Shown: one piece after another, positions 62,815-64,000 of the stretch
Numbering within the stretch: position 1 is the first letter of the stretch
Layout of the letters: each line of letters starts with the position of its first letter
Source: Balanoglossus misakiensis
Taxonomy: Eukaryota > Animalia > Hemichordata
NCBI GenBank assembly: GCA_040954595.2
Contig: JBECUI020000038.1
Coordinates: 1-64,000, forward strand
Length of the DNA: 64,000 nt
Direction of reading: 5' to 3'
Notes under the pieces: model-generated
Database searches by the model: none
The model's input: the letters and a program-made list of their open reading frames with translations, nothing else
What the model was told of the DNA's origin: nothing
Position numbers and translations under genes: made by a program

Positions 62815-63450
62815 ATTATCATACATGCAACGCCTGTATTTAACACTTTCTATTGTTCTCGCCCCGAAGATATTTTACGGTATTTCACAATGTGAAAATA
62901 TCGCGTCCACGTCTCGGCGTGACAGTTCACTGCGCGCGCGAGCGACACACGGGGCATAGTGGAGAGGGGTGTTGTAAAATTCGGTTATTAGAAGCTGTAA
63001 TAAAGTTTTCAAAGCTGGCGGTTTTGTCATGTTGAATGCATCAGTTTTAGTTCTTCGAAATTCTCAATGCAAAATAATTGTTAACATGATATTTTGAAAG
63101 AGAACGTAGACAATTTTATTTAGAATGTGGATGTGCCCATCGTAATGAAAGCTGCCAACCCCCTTAAAATGATACTACGGCCCACACGTCATACGTCACA
63201 ACATGGCTACTGCCGTGATCCCAGCGCCCGGTTCAAATTTGAAATTATTTTTCTCGGCGCATTTCTGCAAATCGTACTGTTTTATAGGTAGGCATGTATG
63301 ATAAAGAGGTTATTACACGAATTTTGGTCGATAACGCGACGCATTCTCGTGATGTCTGTATTTTGACTCGTTGCGAAGCGCAACTCATCAAAATACGGAC
63401 ATCACTCGAATACGACGCGTTATCGACCAAAATTCGATTAATAACCCCTA
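62815..63450. mobile_element. ~635-bp insertion ending in a 140-bp hairpin (Crypton-like, tentative)
   Basis: Splits the module GTTTATGTAAT|AATATTAATATAATATTT, which is intact at 40396 and degenerate at ~60800; palindrome at 63308-63447. Confidence 0.65.
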
Positions 63451-64000
63451 AATATTAATATAATATTTATAACTTATGTAGCACATTAAATCTCAACATG
63501 CTTTAAAGTTGTCCCATGGTAATTTGACCTAGGTCGTTGGACCTTACTATTCCATTCAACTCCCTGGGGAGCAAACAACATCTCACCATCATTAGAAATG
63601 TCAAATTACAGTGCTTTTGGCCACGTATTAACCTGGGGATTTACAATCAACTTTAAATCCACATATGCACCATATTCCAATGTCAATGTGAAGGGCTTGA
63701 AATACCATCTACCCTGATGCATCATCAAGTTTGTTTCGACAACTTTAAATCCCCTTCAGCAAGCATTTTATACCCATGTCAAAGTGCAGAGCTTGCATCA
63801 CCATCTATCCTGATGCATCATCAAGCTGCTTCGCCATTTGCCCTGATGCAAAGAATCAGATATAGTGTCACCATTGCATTAGCAATGTCAAATTACAGTG
63901 CTTTTGGCCAGGTATTAACCTGGGGATTTACAATCAACTTTAAATCCCCATATGCACTATATTCCAATGTCAATGTGAAGGGCTTGAAATACCATCTACC

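Larger units (their letters stand above)
59350..64000 (+). repeat. Modular duplicated repeat region paralogous to 36010-41180
   Basis: Long colinear matches as listed for 36010-41180. Confidence 0.88.

Overview
Eukaryotic, AT-rich, almost entirely repetitive DNA. Spliceosomal GT-AG introns and the transposon families suggest a marine invertebrate (inference). No confident host gene, rRNA, tRNA or CRISPR was found. 1-15460 is a ~78-bp satellite that flips orientation at a perfect palindrome (8898/8899). It carries a 3.1-kb Academ-type element (3-bp TSD) plus two copies of that element's left end. 16-21 kb holds MITEs and a 2-kb segment repeated at 34-36 kb. 22.1-32.4 kb is a decayed Gmr1-like Gypsy (PR-IN-RT order, tRNA-Pro PBS), split by a 5.47-kb CAC...GTG DNA transposon (24145-29618, TSD TGT). 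That transposon has bipartite, spacer-separated ends, a spliced RAG1/Transib/Chapaev-like transposase and a convergent intact orphan ORF. 41-59 kb is a three-level nest: a multi-exon Kolobok transposon, containing a Mag-type Gypsy with identical 154-bp LTRs, containing an intact PAT-like tyrosine-recombinase retrotransposon (42737-49218) that appears to have spliceosomal introns. The two-gene RAG-like transposon and the intron-bearing YR retroelement are the best candidates for undescribed systems. All family calls come from motif recognition by eye; no database search was run.
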